DNA from: Poseidonia sp. | GTDB lineage: Archaea > Thermoplasmatota > Poseidoniia > Poseidoniales > Poseidoniaceae | Direction: 5' to 3' | NCBI GenBank assembly: GCA_965661285.1 | Contig: CBFIDD010000002.1 | Coordinates: forward strand, 12,611 to 76,610 | Length of the DNA: 64,000 nt | Part shown: piece after piece, positions 1 to 9,155 of the stretch | Position numbering within the stretch: the first letter of the stretch is position 1 | Layout: each line of letters starts with the position of its first letter | Notes under the pieces: generated by a model | What the model saw: the letters and a program-made list of their open reading frames with translations, nothing else | Told to the model about the DNA's origin: nothing | Database searches by the model: none | Translations under genes and position numbers: made by a program

Positions 1-225
1 GGCCCTGCCCGTCATCACAAAGGGCCGGGCTATGAATTTCAAATGCTCCTCGGCGTTCGAGGTCCCCTGCGTCGTCGTTTATTGAAGGAAGGTCACCGCA
101 CCCGGGTGTACATCCCTTACGGAGAAAAGTGGTACGAATACAGCATTCGCCGCCTCAAGGAAAACCCTACCATTGGTGCACAGGTCGCCAAGGCGTTCAT
201 CATGCCTTGGACCAACCGCCCGTGA
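1..225 (+). CDS. proline dehydrogenase, C-terminal fragment (5' end lies outside the window)
   Basis: Frame 1 is open from base 1. The tail YEFQMLLGVRGPLRRRLLKEGHRTRVYIPYGEKWYEYSIRRLKENP matches the conserved C-terminal block of PRODH/PutA enzymes (FQxLxG...RVYxPxG..W..Y..RRL.E.P). Confidence 0.7.
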   Translation, partial: GPARHHKGPGYEFQMLLGVRGPLRRRLLKEGHRTRVYIPYGEKWYEYSIRRLKENPTIGAQVAKAFIMPWTNRP

Positions 226-999
226 TCATGTTCGCTTTTTCTTCTTGCTCCGTTTTTTCGAAGCGTTCGGATGAACACCTTTCTTGACCTGCTCCTTTGG
301 GCGCTCTGGGTTGGGGTTGTAGCCCAAACGTCCTTCTTTCCAAGCCTGTCTTCGCTCACGAGGTGTTCGAGGCGTGAAGTGTTCGGGATTTGGGGGTTCG
401 TGCAGGTACATCCGCTTGATATCAGGGGCCTTCACGGTCCCTCGGAGCGTTCGGCCCGCTCCCGTATGGATGGCTCGGATTCTCCATGTTTCACCGTTAT
501 GCTCCATCAGATGTGAGCCGGTGAAGGTGGTTTCTTGTGGTACGACGATCACGTCGGCAGTGGAATCTTCGCCTCGCGTCAGCGTCAATTTTACGCGGAC
601 CATATCGGTTCGCAAGGCGGTGATTCGGATGATATTCGTGGCGATTTCTGCGCGTGTCGTCCGGTCTCCATCAACTTCGATTTGATGTATTTTCCAAAGT
701 TTGCCATCTTCTTCAAACACATCACCAACGACAAACTCCTCATCGGCGTCAACCACCAAAACAACACGCTCTGATTTCGGCCCTTCTGTCAGGATGAACG
801 GTATATTCTTCGGAGGCGGTGGTCGAAATTCAACGGTGTGAACATGTTGGCATGCATCGCAACGAAGCATGAAATCCGCTCCATTGCCAACAGGCTTCTC
901 TCGAATGATGGCGTGGCCGGTGAGTTCGTCACATACTGGGCAATGCGTGGCGTTTTCGAGGATTTCTTCTTCCTCTTCCCACACATCGTCATCTTCCAT
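226..999 (-). CDS. archaeal zinc-finger protein (COG1326 / HVO_0476-like) with a Lys/Arg-rich tail
   Basis: The N-terminal zinc ribbon CPVC...x20...CDAC..H is followed by a beta-rich body, typical of the uncharacterised archaeal Zn-finger family. The C-terminus is ASKKRSKKKKRT. The ORF is convergent with and abuts the PRODH stop. Confidence 0.5.
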   Translation of the reverse strand: MEDDDVWEEEEEILENATHCPVCDELTGHAIIREKPVGNGADFMLRCDACQHVHTVEFRPPPPKNIPFILTEGPKSERVVLVVDADEEFVVGDVFEEDGKLWKIHQIEVDGDRTTRAEIATNIIRITALRTDMVRVKLTLTRGEDSTADVIVVPQETTFTGSHLMEHNGETWRIRAIHTGAGRTLRGTVKAPDIKRMYLHEPPNPEHFTPRTPRERRQAWKEGRLGYNPNPERPKEQVKKGVHPNASKKRSKKKKRT

Positions 1000-1090
1000 G
1001 GGTCTCCCTCATGCCTCCGCTGAACCCACGAGGTTTGAACCCTCCGTTCACGGGCTGGGTGCAAGACTTGATGTTGGGGATGAACGACCA

Positions 1091-1831
1091 ATGTGCATGG
1101 CTGACCTCCCTGAGGAGATCGTGCGAGAGGAAATTCTTGCTTATCTCATGACCAAGGACACGCAACAACCTCGAGATGAACCGGAGATTGCAGCCAATAT
1201 TCACGCACAACTCCAACACATGGGGCTTTCGACATGGTCCATTTCCGTCCATCGGCGATTACGCGATGCTGTGGCTCGGTTGCGCCCTTCAACCGTTCTC
1301 GAAGTTGGGGCAAGCATCGGTCATCGTACGGCTTGGCTTTTGGATCAGTTCGAACGCTCAGATGCCCGGCCAGCTACTTTGACGGTGGTGGAGCAAGGCG
1401 GAAAATTCGGCGTCATTCTTCAGCGATTGCTGCAACGCTACGAGGCCATGTCTTGGGCGTCGGTCGTGGTCGGTGAGCCTGAGCAATTGGCCGCAGAGCA
1501 CCAAGCTTGGCAGCTGGCTGCGGCAACCAATCAAGAATTGTCTCAAACACCATTTGAACGCGAATACGATGTGATCGTCATTGATGCCCCATCGCCAAAC
1601 AGGGCTTCCTTCGTGGCCAGCTACCTCCCTTTTCTCTCAAAAAACGGCGTCCTGTTCACGGTGGAACCGGACATGCCAAGTGGCGAGGTGGACGAAGATG
1701 ACGAAGCCGGCATGGCGCTTGTCAACGGATTCAACCGATGGATTGAGGTGGTTGCAGAGTCGAAGGATACCCACCATCTCGCTTTCATGCCCCTCTTCGG
1801 AGGCACCCTGGTTGCGTGGTTGCCTCGTTAA
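1091..1831 (+). CDS. class I SAM-dependent (family-3 O-methyltransferase-like) methyltransferase
   Basis: Motif I VLEVGASIGHRTAWLL and a later acidic strand YDVIVIDA resemble caffeoyl-CoA-type O-MTs. The start is moved from 869 to the ATG at 1091 (or 1097), because 869-999 overlaps the opposite-strand gene and translates as low-complexity Ser-rich sequence. Confidence 0.55.
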   Translation: MCMADLPEEIVREEILAYLMTKDTQQPRDEPEIAANIHAQLQHMGLSTWSISVHRRLRDAVARLRPSTVLEVGASIGHRTAWLLDQFERSDARPATLTVVEQGGKFGVILQRLLQRYEAMSWASVVVGEPEQLAAEHQAWQLAAATNQELSQTPFEREYDVIVIDAPSPNRASFVASYLPFLSKNGVLFTVEPDMPSGEVDEDDEAGMALVNGFNRWIEVVAESKDTHHLAFMPLFGGTLVAWLPR

Positions 1832-3003
1832 TTTTGCGTGGTCGCTTCCTCGATGAGTCCACGTATGCTCAACAAACCGTAGCCGTAGTAATCATCATGG
1901 CCGACTTGACCGTCTTCGGGAACAGCACTGTTCATTAGCCACTGTTTGACGGCGTTCACGTTGTCTGAGCCACCTTGAGACTGGTCGGCTCGCAAATCCG
2001 GTTTCGCTTCCAGTAACAAACACAACGCTCCCGTGACGTAAACCGTGGCCGCGCTGGTTCCGTCAGCGATGCCCCAGCCGCCGTTGTTGAGAAGCACGGG
2101 TACACCTTCGGCGGGGGCAACAACTTCGGGTTTTTTGTTCGGGTCTCCACGTGGCATGAGCACCGGGAGGGGAAGCAGGCGTCCGTTGTTGTCGCCCTTT
2201 GACGACCCTGACCAGTGGGTGCCTTTGATGGTGACACCACCAACAGAAATGACGCCGGCCTCGCTCGATGGATGGGCGACATCGCCATCATCGTCCTCAC
2301 CGTCGTTGCCAGCCGCAGCAACGACGTAGATACCAGCGTCAGTGGCATCTTCGGCTGCATCGCCGGAACTCCGGCCGGATCCCAAGGTGAAAGGGAGAAT
2401 ATCGGGTGCGCCTCCCAGTGAGAGAGAGATAACATGAGCACCGTTTTGCGCACACCAATCGATGGCCTCTGCCACGATTTCGTCGTTTCCACTTCCGTCT
2501 GAGGAAAGCGCTTTGGCCACCAACAAATTCACGTTTTTTGCCACGCCTTTCAGCCAACCATTCGCGACCAAAATTCCGGCCATGGACGTGCCATGGCCGT
2601 GGTCGTCGTAGGGCTCGCCTCTGTTGTTCACGAAATCTTTCCAGCCAACCAAGTTGATGCCTTCCAAGTCAGTATGGTCGCTGGCTATTCCCGAATCAAC
2701 GATACAGGCGGTGATTCCAGACCCCGTCAATTCCGGACTGGCGGGTTGGATGAGGTCATCGTATGCCGCATGTCGCTCAAGCGCGACCTCACTCGGGCGC
2801 AGCAACACCGCACCGTCGGTCAACACCACTGCAGTAAGATAACCTGCAGCAAGGACCAGCGTGATGCCCAAGGTGATGCTCACGAGCAGTTTGATCGTAC
2901 GAAGATCATTGGGTTCATTGTTGAATTCATCAAGGAGGCGAGGGGTGAGCACCTCGACTGCCTCGTCATCTTCCGGAGACGAAGAGAAGTCGTAGATCGA
3001 CAT
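1828..3003 (-). CDS. membrane-anchored subtilisin-like serine protease (peptidase S8)
   Basis: The catalytic triad motifs are all present: D in VDSGIASDHTDL, H in HGHGTSMAGIL and S in GTSAATVYVTGA. The N-terminus has an acidic segment followed by one TM helix (IKLLVSITLGITLVLAAGYLTAVVL). Confidence 0.85.
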   Translation of the reverse strand: MSIYDFSSSPEDDEAVEVLTPRLLDEFNNEPNDLRTIKLLVSITLGITLVLAAGYLTAVVLTDGAVLLRPSEVALERHAAYDDLIQPASPELTGSGITACIVDSGIASDHTDLEGINLVGWKDFVNNRGEPYDDHGHGTSMAGILVANGWLKGVAKNVNLLVAKALSSDGSGNDEIVAEAIDWCAQNGAHVISLSLGGAPDILPFTLGSGRSSGDAAEDATDAGIYVVAAAGNDGEDDDGDVAHPSSEAGVISVGGVTIKGTHWSGSSKGDNNGRLLPLPVLMPRGDPNKKPEVVAPAEGVPVLLNNGGWGIADGTSAATVYVTGALCLLLEAKPDLRADQSQGGSDNVNAVKQWLMNSAVPEDGQVGHDDYYGYGLLSIRGLIEEATTQN

Positions 3004-3007
3004 ACCA

Positions 3008-4222
3008 TCAACTCAGTGTGTGAACTATTTCAGTCAGTGTATCCACGAACCGGCGGACATCGTCTTCGGTGTTGTAGAGATAAGCAGAAGCACGAAGCGA
3101 GCCCTGAGGGTGCCCGCGGTCTGCAAACCATGAATGAACACAGTGCTGACCGCTTCTCACCATGACGCCAGCGGCTTCGTCGAGCAGGAGCGCCACATCG
3201 TGGGCGGGGAGGCCGTCCATCAACAAGGAGCAGATGCCGCCACGCTGACTCGGGTCTTCGGGTCCAATGATGGACACGCCAGGGAGGTCTTTGACGCCTT
3301 GTGTCATGATGCGGTTTAATTTGATTTCATGTTCATGAACCTCGTTCATGTCAAGGGCAGCGAGGTAGTCAATGGCCGCACCAGTAGCCATCATGCCGGA
3401 GAAATTCCCCAATCCTCCCTCGAAGCGTGCTGGTGGTTTCGCCCAAGAAGCCTCAGTGTATGTCGACGAAGAAACGGTTTGTCCTCCGGACTGAATCGTC
3501 CTCAAGCCATCGAGGAGGTCGTATCGCCCCCACAGACCGCCCATGCCGGAAGGTCCACACATTTTGTGAATGGAAAAGGAGAGAAAATCGATGTCCAAGG
3601 CCTTCACGTCGACATTCATATGGGGTGTGGATTGGGCGCCATCAACGGCAACGAGAGCGCCGTGGTCGTGAGCAACCTTTGTGATTTCTGCGATGGGAGC
3701 CTCCACACCGTCAAGATTTCCAACCTGACTCATGGCGACCATCTTCAGCCGGTCACCGGCTTCAGCACAAGCCGCCTCAAAGGCCTCCATGTCAAAGGTG
3801 TTGTCTGGCATGCTGGCGACCACGCGATGGTCAATGCCCTGTTCCTGTTCAAGTTGGAGCCACGGGACGAGATTTGAGTTGTGCTCTCGGTCGGTGGTCA
3901 ACACCACATCACCTTTGTCCCATGCCATGCCGTGGGCGATTTGGTTGATGGAATGGGTTGCGTTTCTTGTGAACACGATTTCATTTGGTGTGGCTGCGTT
4001 GAGGAATGAGGCCAATTTGGTCCGCGCATCCGCAACGGATTTTGATACGACTGTGCCGTAGCGGTGAACTGAACGCCCCCCGCAACCCGGCGTCTCTGTG
4101 TAATACCTGTGGATGGCGTTGATGACCGATTGAGGCTTCAGCGTGACGCAGGCATTGTCAAGATAGGCCGGTGGATTTTCTTCTTGGAGCGTAGGGAAAT
4201 CGTTTCTGCAGTTGTTCAACAT
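3008..4222 (-). CDS. sufS: cysteine desulfurase (class V aminotransferase, SufS-type)
   Basis: PLP-lysine motif SFSIHKMCGPSGMGGLWG and active-site loop RSGQHCVH are present. The 404-aa length and overall pattern are typical of SufS/CsdA. Confidence 0.85.
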   Translation of the reverse strand: MLNNCRNDFPTLQEENPPAYLDNACVTLKPQSVINAIHRYYTETPGCGGRSVHRYGTVVSKSVADARTKLASFLNAATPNEIVFTRNATHSINQIAHGMAWDKGDVVLTTDREHNSNLVPWLQLEQEQGIDHRVVASMPDNTFDMEAFEAACAEAGDRLKMVAMSQVGNLDGVEAPIAEITKVAHDHGALVAVDGAQSTPHMNVDVKALDIDFLSFSIHKMCGPSGMGGLWGRYDLLDGLRTIQSGGQTVSSSTYTEASWAKPPARFEGGLGNFSGMMATGAAIDYLAALDMNEVHEHEIKLNRIMTQGVKDLPGVSIIGPEDPSQRGGICSLLMDGLPAHDVALLLDEAAGVMVRSGQHCVHSWFADRGHPQGSLRASAYLYNTEDDVRRFVDTLTEIVHTLS

Positions 4223-5356
4223 TTACCATGCCTCCTGATCGGGTAAGAAATCCAAGGCCGGTGCATTGACGCCACATGCATTGCATGCGATACGGTTTGG
4301 CATGGCTGCGTCGCATGTTGGACACGACGTGCCAACAACGACGACCGTGCTGCAGTCTGGAGAAAAGCAGTGGTGGGCCAGCGCTCCTGTCTCGGTGAGC
4401 ATGACGTTCGATGGGTGGCCGCATTCGGGACATTTTGAGTTCTTGGGCCTTTCAACCGGGGCTTCTTCCGACATTTCAAGAGCGGCATCAACGGCGGCTC
4501 GTGTGCGAACACTGGCCTGATCGCCGAGCATTCGCTGGGGGTACCACAACACGAAGAGAAGGAGTGGAACGGCCGGCAACCCTGTGAGCAGATGGAGCAC
4601 AAGGTAACCGATGTTGGCATCTCCGTACGTTGAGATGTGGTGTAAACCCGCCCACGAAGAGACGGTGATCAGCAGAACCCAGATGCCGAACACAGCTGTC
4701 CACCCTCGCAGTGAGTGTTCGGCAAGGGACGCCTCCATGATGCGAACATCCTCGTGAAGGTGGTGGATTTCAACGTGAAGGTCCCGAGTTTCAACCACTG
4801 CTTTCCAGAAAAAGAAGAGGAAAAAGAACACGATGAGAAGGATGAGTGTTCCTTCCATCATGTTCGCCAGATCAAATGAGAACGGGAAGGAAGGGTTGTT
4901 GCGGTGGAAGAAAATTTGCGCACCGACCAAGCCGTTCCACATCACCAAGAGGGAAATGGCGTGAACACGCATGATGGGGAAGAGCATCCAAGCTTGGTAG
5001 GCAAACCAACCCCAGCAGATGGTGGAGACCAACATCTGGAAGAACTGGAAGCCGTTGATCGCCAACAGGCCGTCAAGACCCGTGACCTTTGCATTTCCAC
5101 CGTCCCAAAGTTCAGTCGAAACGGACCCCAAACAAAGGGCGAGAAGACCGAAGGCGATGGTGAGGTAGTGTTCTCGCTTCCATTCTATTCGCAGGAGCCT
5201 CATGTGAAACATCCATTCTTTTTGCAAGGTGTTGAGTTGTTGTGCAAGTGGAAATCGAGATGGAATGGGGCGTGCCAGTTCGATCTCTGCCATGCGAAAC
5301 GGCAGGGTGGTTGACACGAGGTTTGTATCCACGGCGGAATCCGCCCCCTCGGCCAT
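4223..5356 (-). CDS. multi-pass membrane protein with two C-terminal zinc ribbons (function unknown)
   Basis: About 6-7 hydrophobic helices are followed by CPEC...CFSPDC and CPTC...CNAC. Its stop codon directly abuts the sufS ATG (4223/4222), which implies co-transcription. Confidence 0.6.
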   Translation of the reverse strand: MAEGADSAVDTNLVSTTLPFRMAEIELARPIPSRFPLAQQLNTLQKEWMFHMRLLRIEWKREHYLTIAFGLLALCLGSVSTELWDGGNAKVTGLDGLLAINGFQFFQMLVSTICWGWFAYQAWMLFPIMRVHAISLLVMWNGLVGAQIFFHRNNPSFPFSFDLANMMEGTLILLIVFFFLFFFWKAVVETRDLHVEIHHLHEDVRIMEASLAEHSLRGWTAVFGIWVLLITVSSWAGLHHISTYGDANIGYLVLHLLTGLPAVPLLLFVLWYPQRMLGDQASVRTRAAVDAALEMSEEAPVERPKNSKCPECGHPSNVMLTETGALAHHCFSPDCSTVVVVGTSCPTCDAAMPNRIACNACGVNAPALDFLPDQEAW

Positions 5357-5430
5357 GTTGGAGGGCTGGCGTTCGCCCCTTTGAGTCCTTTCGCTCGTGT
5401 GCTTCTCTTCCTCACTTTTGGAGGGTGATG

Positions 5431-5437
5431 GTTAAAC
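5431..5437 (+). promoter_or_regulatory. candidate archaeal TATA box for tRNA-Ser
   Basis: GTTAAAC is centred about 30 nt upstream of tRNA position 1. The same spacing is seen for tRNA-Thr and the SRP RNA in this window. Confidence 0.3.
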
Positions 5438-5463
5438 GACAAGTGGGGTTCGGCGGGGTTAGA

Positions 5464-5550
5464 GCCGAGATCGCATAGCCTGGTAGTGCGCGCGACTGGA
5501 AATCGCGTGGGCCCGTTCCCTCGGGAGTTCAAATCTCTCTCTCGGCGCCA
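5464..5550 (+). tRNA. tRNA-Ser (anticodon GGA), CCA encoded
   Basis: Hand-folded cloverleaf. Acceptor stem is GCCGAGA/TCTCGGC and D stem is GCAT/GTGC. Anticodon stem CGCGA/TCGCG carries loop CTGGAAA. The 15-nt variable arm (class II) and T arm GGGAG-TTCAAAT-CTCTC follow, then discriminator G and CCA. Total 87 nt, no intron. Confidence 0.9.
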
Positions 5551-5564
5551 CAACCGCAACCTCC

Positions 5565-7127
5565 ATGACAACTCCAAACGTGGTGTACGACATGGAGGAA
5601 GACCCACTTCGGCGACATCGACGATGGGTGGTGGCTCTTTTTCTGGGGCTCGCCCTGCACACGTATGCTGCATCTCACAGTGATCTCGGACTGGATGCCC
5701 ATGTGCGCTTGAACGCGCTGAACGATGAGGTTACGCAAGGGCAAGACCTGACTTGGGGCTCCCCCCGCATCAGCGGCTCATCCACACTGAACACCACCTC
5801 GGATTATGACGGCTACATTCCCCCTTGGAACACGACCGAGGCCTCGATGAAGGTGACCGCTGTTCTCTCCCTTGTGCTGGTTGCGGGGTTGGTGTCCTTG
5901 CGTCCTCGCCGGCACGGCCAACGGCCTCGATTTGACCCCATGTGGGGGGCCATGTTGATGTTGAGTCCTGTGCTGATGTTTTCAACGAGTCGAGGGTACG
6001 ATGAAGCACCGCTTGCACTTCTCATGGGACTTGGCGTTTCCGGGTATTGGTTTCACCGTGGTGAAACCGCATCGCAGCAACGTCTGAACGGCGTTCTCAT
6101 GGCGACATCAGTTATGTTGGTCATGGTTTGGAAAGGATTTTCTCCGTGGCTTTCTGCCTTACTTTGGCTGGTCATCCTCCTCCTTGCGGAAGCATGGGTG
6201 CGCATCAGTCGAACAACCCGCGTTGCCCAACAGGAACGGTGGTACACACAACCCTGGACGGTCGGATTGCTCGTGTTTGCTCTGGTTTACCTCGGCATCA
6301 CCATCATCGGTTTCTTTTCGTCAACAGGTACATTTTCTGTCATTGGTGAACGCCCGCTCCACTTCGCATTCGCCTCGATGTTCGCATTCATTGATGCTGT
6401 GGTTCTGTATCTTTTGGTCGGGTGCTTTTTGTGGTCCTTCATCGCTCAACGATGGGCCCATTTGCGCCATGCCCGCGGCCCCGGTTTTACCATGTTGGTG
6501 GCCTACATCGGTGCCTTGCTGGCAGGAATTGTCGCCTACATTGCCTCGCTATGGACGCTCGAGGCTTGGTTGTGGGGAATGAAGTTGCCTCAGGTCATGA
6601 TCATCCTTGGCAACAATGGACGATACGCAACGCTGCTGTTGGTCCCTATGGTAGCGCTGCTTCGCTGGGCTGATGATGAGGCGCTTCCACAAACCACCGT
6701 CACGTCTCGACCGCAGTTGCGTGCTGTCATGTTGGTGCTCCCCTTTCTTCTCTTTACCACGCTCGTCGGACACCAGATTTGGTCCGAGGACGCAGGGGAG
6801 GCCCTCGCTGAAACATGGGGTGATGACGACGACACGTTCCTCCTTATCGCTCCAGAATCCATGGCTGTTCACCATTTGTACGTCGTGAAAACCAATCTCG
6901 ACCTTACCGGTACTGAATCCATTCAAGGGTGGTGGTCCACATCAGAAGAAGCAGGTCGTGTCATGGATGAGCATGCTTCGGTCATTGACTATGTGCTCGT
7001 TGCGCCATCATCCTCTGTTCAGTTCAATGCTTCATCATGGGTCCTTGTCGAATCACGCGATGTTCCCGTTTCGATTCCAGCTGGTATACAGGATGGAGAA
7101 TGGATGTTGTATCGTGCTGCGATGTAA
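5565..7127 (+). CDS. large polytopic membrane protein (function unknown; possibly GT-C-like glycosyltransferase)
   Basis: More than 10 predicted TM helices are followed by a ~110-aa soluble C-terminal domain. The ATG lies only 15 nt after the tRNA-Ser CCA; an alternative start is at 5592. No catalytic motif is recognised with confidence. Confidence 0.55.
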   Translation: MTTPNVVYDMEEDPLRRHRRWVVALFLGLALHTYAASHSDLGLDAHVRLNALNDEVTQGQDLTWGSPRISGSSTLNTTSDYDGYIPPWNTTEASMKVTAVLSLVLVAGLVSLRPRRHGQRPRFDPMWGAMLMLSPVLMFSTSRGYDEAPLALLMGLGVSGYWFHRGETASQQRLNGVLMATSVMLVMVWKGFSPWLSALLWLVILLLAEAWVRISRTTRVAQQERWYTQPWTVGLLVFALVYLGITIIGFFSSTGTFSVIGERPLHFAFASMFAFIDAVVLYLLVGCFLWSFIAQRWAHLRHARGPGFTMLVAYIGALLAGIVAYIASLWTLEAWLWGMKLPQVMIILGNNGRYATLLLVPMVALLRWADDEALPQTTVTSRPQLRAVMLVLPFLLFTTLVGHQIWSEDAGEALAETWGDDDDTFLLIAPESMAVHHLYVVKTNLDLTGTESIQGWWSTSEEAGRVMDEHASVIDYVLVAPSSSVQFNASSWVLVESRDVPVSIPAGIQDGEWMLYRAAM

Positions 7128-7146
7128 TTCTTGATTCGCGAAGCGA

Positions 7147-7152
7147 TTATAT
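7147..7152 (+). promoter_or_regulatory. candidate archaeal TATA box for tRNA-Thr
   Basis: TTATAT lies 26-31 nt upstream of tRNA position 1. Confidence 0.35.
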
Positions 7153-7177
7153 CCGCTTGGCTGGTGGCCCGACCACT

Positions 7178-7252
7178 GCCACCGTGGCTTAGGGGTATAG
7201 CACCTCATTGGTAATGAGGAGGTCGCGAGTTCAAATCTCGCCGGTGGCTCCA
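7178..7252 (+). tRNA. tRNA-Thr (anticodon GGT), CCA encoded
   Basis: Acceptor stem is GCCACCG/CGGTGGC. Anticodon stem CCTCA/TGAGG carries loop TTGGTAA. Variable loop AGGTC and T arm GCGAG-TTCAAAT-CTCGC follow, then discriminator T and CCA. Total 75 nt. Confidence 0.9.
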
Positions 7253-7297
7253 CCGCCCGTGTCGTTGAATACACTGGAAATAGACTCGCTTTCGGAA

Positions 7298-7302
7298 TTT
7301 TT
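7298..7302 (+). terminator. oligo-T tract downstream of tRNA-Thr (possible archaeal terminator)
   Basis: TTTTT lies 46 nt after the tRNA 3' end. A second T5 run is at 7324-7328. Confidence 0.25.
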
Positions 7303-7364
7303 ACCTCAATGTATAAGAGGCGATTTTTCAAGTTTCCAATTGAGAAGGCGACTTCTCAGATGGG

Positions 7365-7556
7365 ATGCACATGGAGCGAAAGCAACAACAAAATGAGGAC
7401 ATGCAACGACGGGTGAAGGAACTTCAAAACCAGGTCGACGAACTGAAAGAACTGGTGAACACGTTGCTCAGCGTGATTGTGGAAGAGCCAGATGGCGTTC
7501 ACAGTGGCGCTGCACCCACCATTCCCGGCCAAGGAATGATGGAAGTCTGCATGTGA
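7365..7556 (+). CDS. small coiled-coil ORF (hypothetical, 63 aa)
   Basis: Heptad-like charged helix QRRVKELQNQVDELKELVNTLLSVI. A TATA-like GTATAAG sits about 50 nt upstream. No homology is recognised, so this could be spurious. Confidence 0.3.
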   Translation: MHMERKQQQNEDMQRRVKELQNQVDELKELVNTLLSVIVEEPDGVHSGAAPTIPGQGMMEVCM

Positions 7557-9077
7557 TCATCCCTTGATGACGGCAAGTGGATTCATTCGGGCGACCGGCC
7601 GTGCAAGGCCTGCCTTAGCCGTGAGGCGTATCACTTCATCCACGTCCTTGTAGGCGTCAGGTGCTTCCTCCGAGAGGACATTTGGTGTTGATGCGTGGAC
7701 CCGCACACCTTGGAGTTCGAGATTCCGTTTCAGTGCCTTTCCATCGAGTGTCTTCTTCGCCTGACTTCGGGAAAGCGCTCGACCGGCGCCGTGGCAAGAC
7801 GAGCCAAACGCCATGTTGCTCCCTTGTCGTGGACCGGCCATGATCCATGAGCCATTGCCCATGTCGCCGGGAACAACCACCGGTTGTCCTGTTGTTGAGA
7901 AGGTGGCGCCGATATCAGCATGATCTCCTCCAAATGCACGGGTGGCACCTTTTCTGTGGACGCAACAGGAACAGGATTTTCCATGAATGACATGGGTTTC
8001 CATCTTGGCGATGTTGTGGGCGACATCGTAGAGCGTCCTCGCTTCACCGTCAACGCCCATCTCGAGTTTCAAGACCGTTCGTAGTCGCTCTGCCAAGACG
8101 GCACGGTTTGCAAAGGCGAAATTTGCCGCAGCATTCATCGCATCAAGGTAGGCTTGACCTTCACGTGAATGAACCGGTGCAGATGCGAGTTGCCTGTCCG
8201 GGAGGGCATAATCCCACTTCTCATTGTGCCACATGCCATCGTGTTGCTTGTAGGTCGCCTCCAATTTCCGAACATGGTCGGTGCAAACCTGGTGGCCCAA
8301 ACCACGACTCCCGGAATGAATCATCGCTACGACTTGGTCCTCATACAGGCCCCATGCAGTGGCGGTTGCTTCGTCGACGACGCTGCCAACGGTCTGCAAC
8401 TCCAGGAAATGGTTGCCGCTACCAAGTGTGCCCAAGGATTTCATGCCGCGCTCGAGAGCACGCTGAGACACATCCGCCTCTCGTGTCTCGAGCAGGCCGC
8501 TTGATTCCAGCACGTCAAGGTCGGCGTGATGCCCGTGGCCAAGGTCCACGGCAGCATGGGCTCCTCGCTGCAAGATGTCGTTCAGGTCTGAGCGGCTGAT
8601 GTCCACGCCTCCTTTCCCTGAGCCCCCGGCAGGGATGCGTCCTGCGAGTCTTCCGGCCAACTTCTTGAGATTGGGAATGTCGTTGGCCGTGGCATCAAGC
8701 GCCAAAAACCGAACACCGCAGTTGATGTCAAATCCAACACCGCCTGGCGATATCGCACCGCCCATGTCGCCAAATTCCGTATCCGTCGCCACCACGCCAC
8801 CAATCGGGAATCCGTAGCCATAATGCCAGTCGGCCATGGCCCATGCTTCACCCACGATGCCCGGGAGGGAGGCGGTATTGACCAACTGTTCTGGGCCACG
8901 GTCATCTGCGTGTCGTTCCATGTGGTCGCTATCGGTGATCAACCGTGCATCGACCTTCATCTGGCCGTGGGCCTTGATTCGCATGGTGCCGTCGCCCTCG
9001 TCAACGAGGTGTTGGCGCCATGATGGTTCCATGGCTCGTGGTTCAAACAATGGGATTTGAGCCTTTGCACAACCCAT
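7557..9077 (-). CDS. rtcB: RNA-splicing ligase RtcB (3'-phosphate/5'-hydroxy RNA ligase)
   Basis: Hallmark motifs are present: GGVGFDINCGVR, GSGNHFLE, HSGSRGLGHQV, VHRKGATRAF and SSCHGAGR. The start is uncertain: ATG at 9077, or at 9032 (MEPSW). Confidence 0.92.
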   Translation of the reverse strand: MGCAKAQIPLFEPRAMEPSWRQHLVDEGDGTMRIKAHGQMKVDARLITDSDHMERHADDRGPEQLVNTASLPGIVGEAWAMADWHYGYGFPIGGVVATDTEFGDMGGAISPGGVGFDINCGVRFLALDATANDIPNLKKLAGRLAGRIPAGGSGKGGVDISRSDLNDILQRGAHAAVDLGHGHHADLDVLESSGLLETREADVSQRALERGMKSLGTLGSGNHFLELQTVGSVVDEATATAWGLYEDQVVAMIHSGSRGLGHQVCTDHVRKLEATYKQHDGMWHNEKWDYALPDRQLASAPVHSREGQAYLDAMNAAANFAFANRAVLAERLRTVLKLEMGVDGEARTLYDVAHNIAKMETHVIHGKSCSCCVHRKGATRAFGGDHADIGATFSTTGQPVVVPGDMGNGSWIMAGPRQGSNMAFGSSCHGAGRALSRSQAKKTLDGKALKRNLELQGVRVHASTPNVLSEEAPDAYKDVDEVIRLTAKAGLARPVARMNPLAVIKG

Positions 9078-9155
9078 CAACTCAGACGCGTATCAACACA
9101 GGCTTGAAGGGGGGTCTCTCCTTGGCGAGAACATCCAACATGGAGGGACTTCTGC

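Noticed and set aside
869-1090. 5' extension of the methyltransferase ORF, overlapping the Zn-finger gene by 131 nt.
   Set aside because: The extension translates to Ser-rich low-complexity sequence and overlaps a better-supported opposite-strand gene. An internal ATG at 1091 precedes the conserved domain.
7053-7331. A 92-aa minus-strand ORF covering tRNA-Thr.
   Set aside because: It is fully explained by the tRNA gene on the plus strand. It is an ORF artefact.
5357-7364. Possible integrated mobile element at the tRNA-Ser / tRNA-Thr locus.
   Set aside because: I found no integrase, transposase or duplicated tRNA 3' segment. The only intervening gene is a membrane protein with composition like its surroundings.
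7557-9077. Possible intein in RtcB. The same was considered for the polymerase, the topoisomerase and the synthetases.
   Set aside because: Protein lengths are normal for their families. I see no intein blocks (C/S...TXXH...HNC/S) interrupting the conserved motifs.
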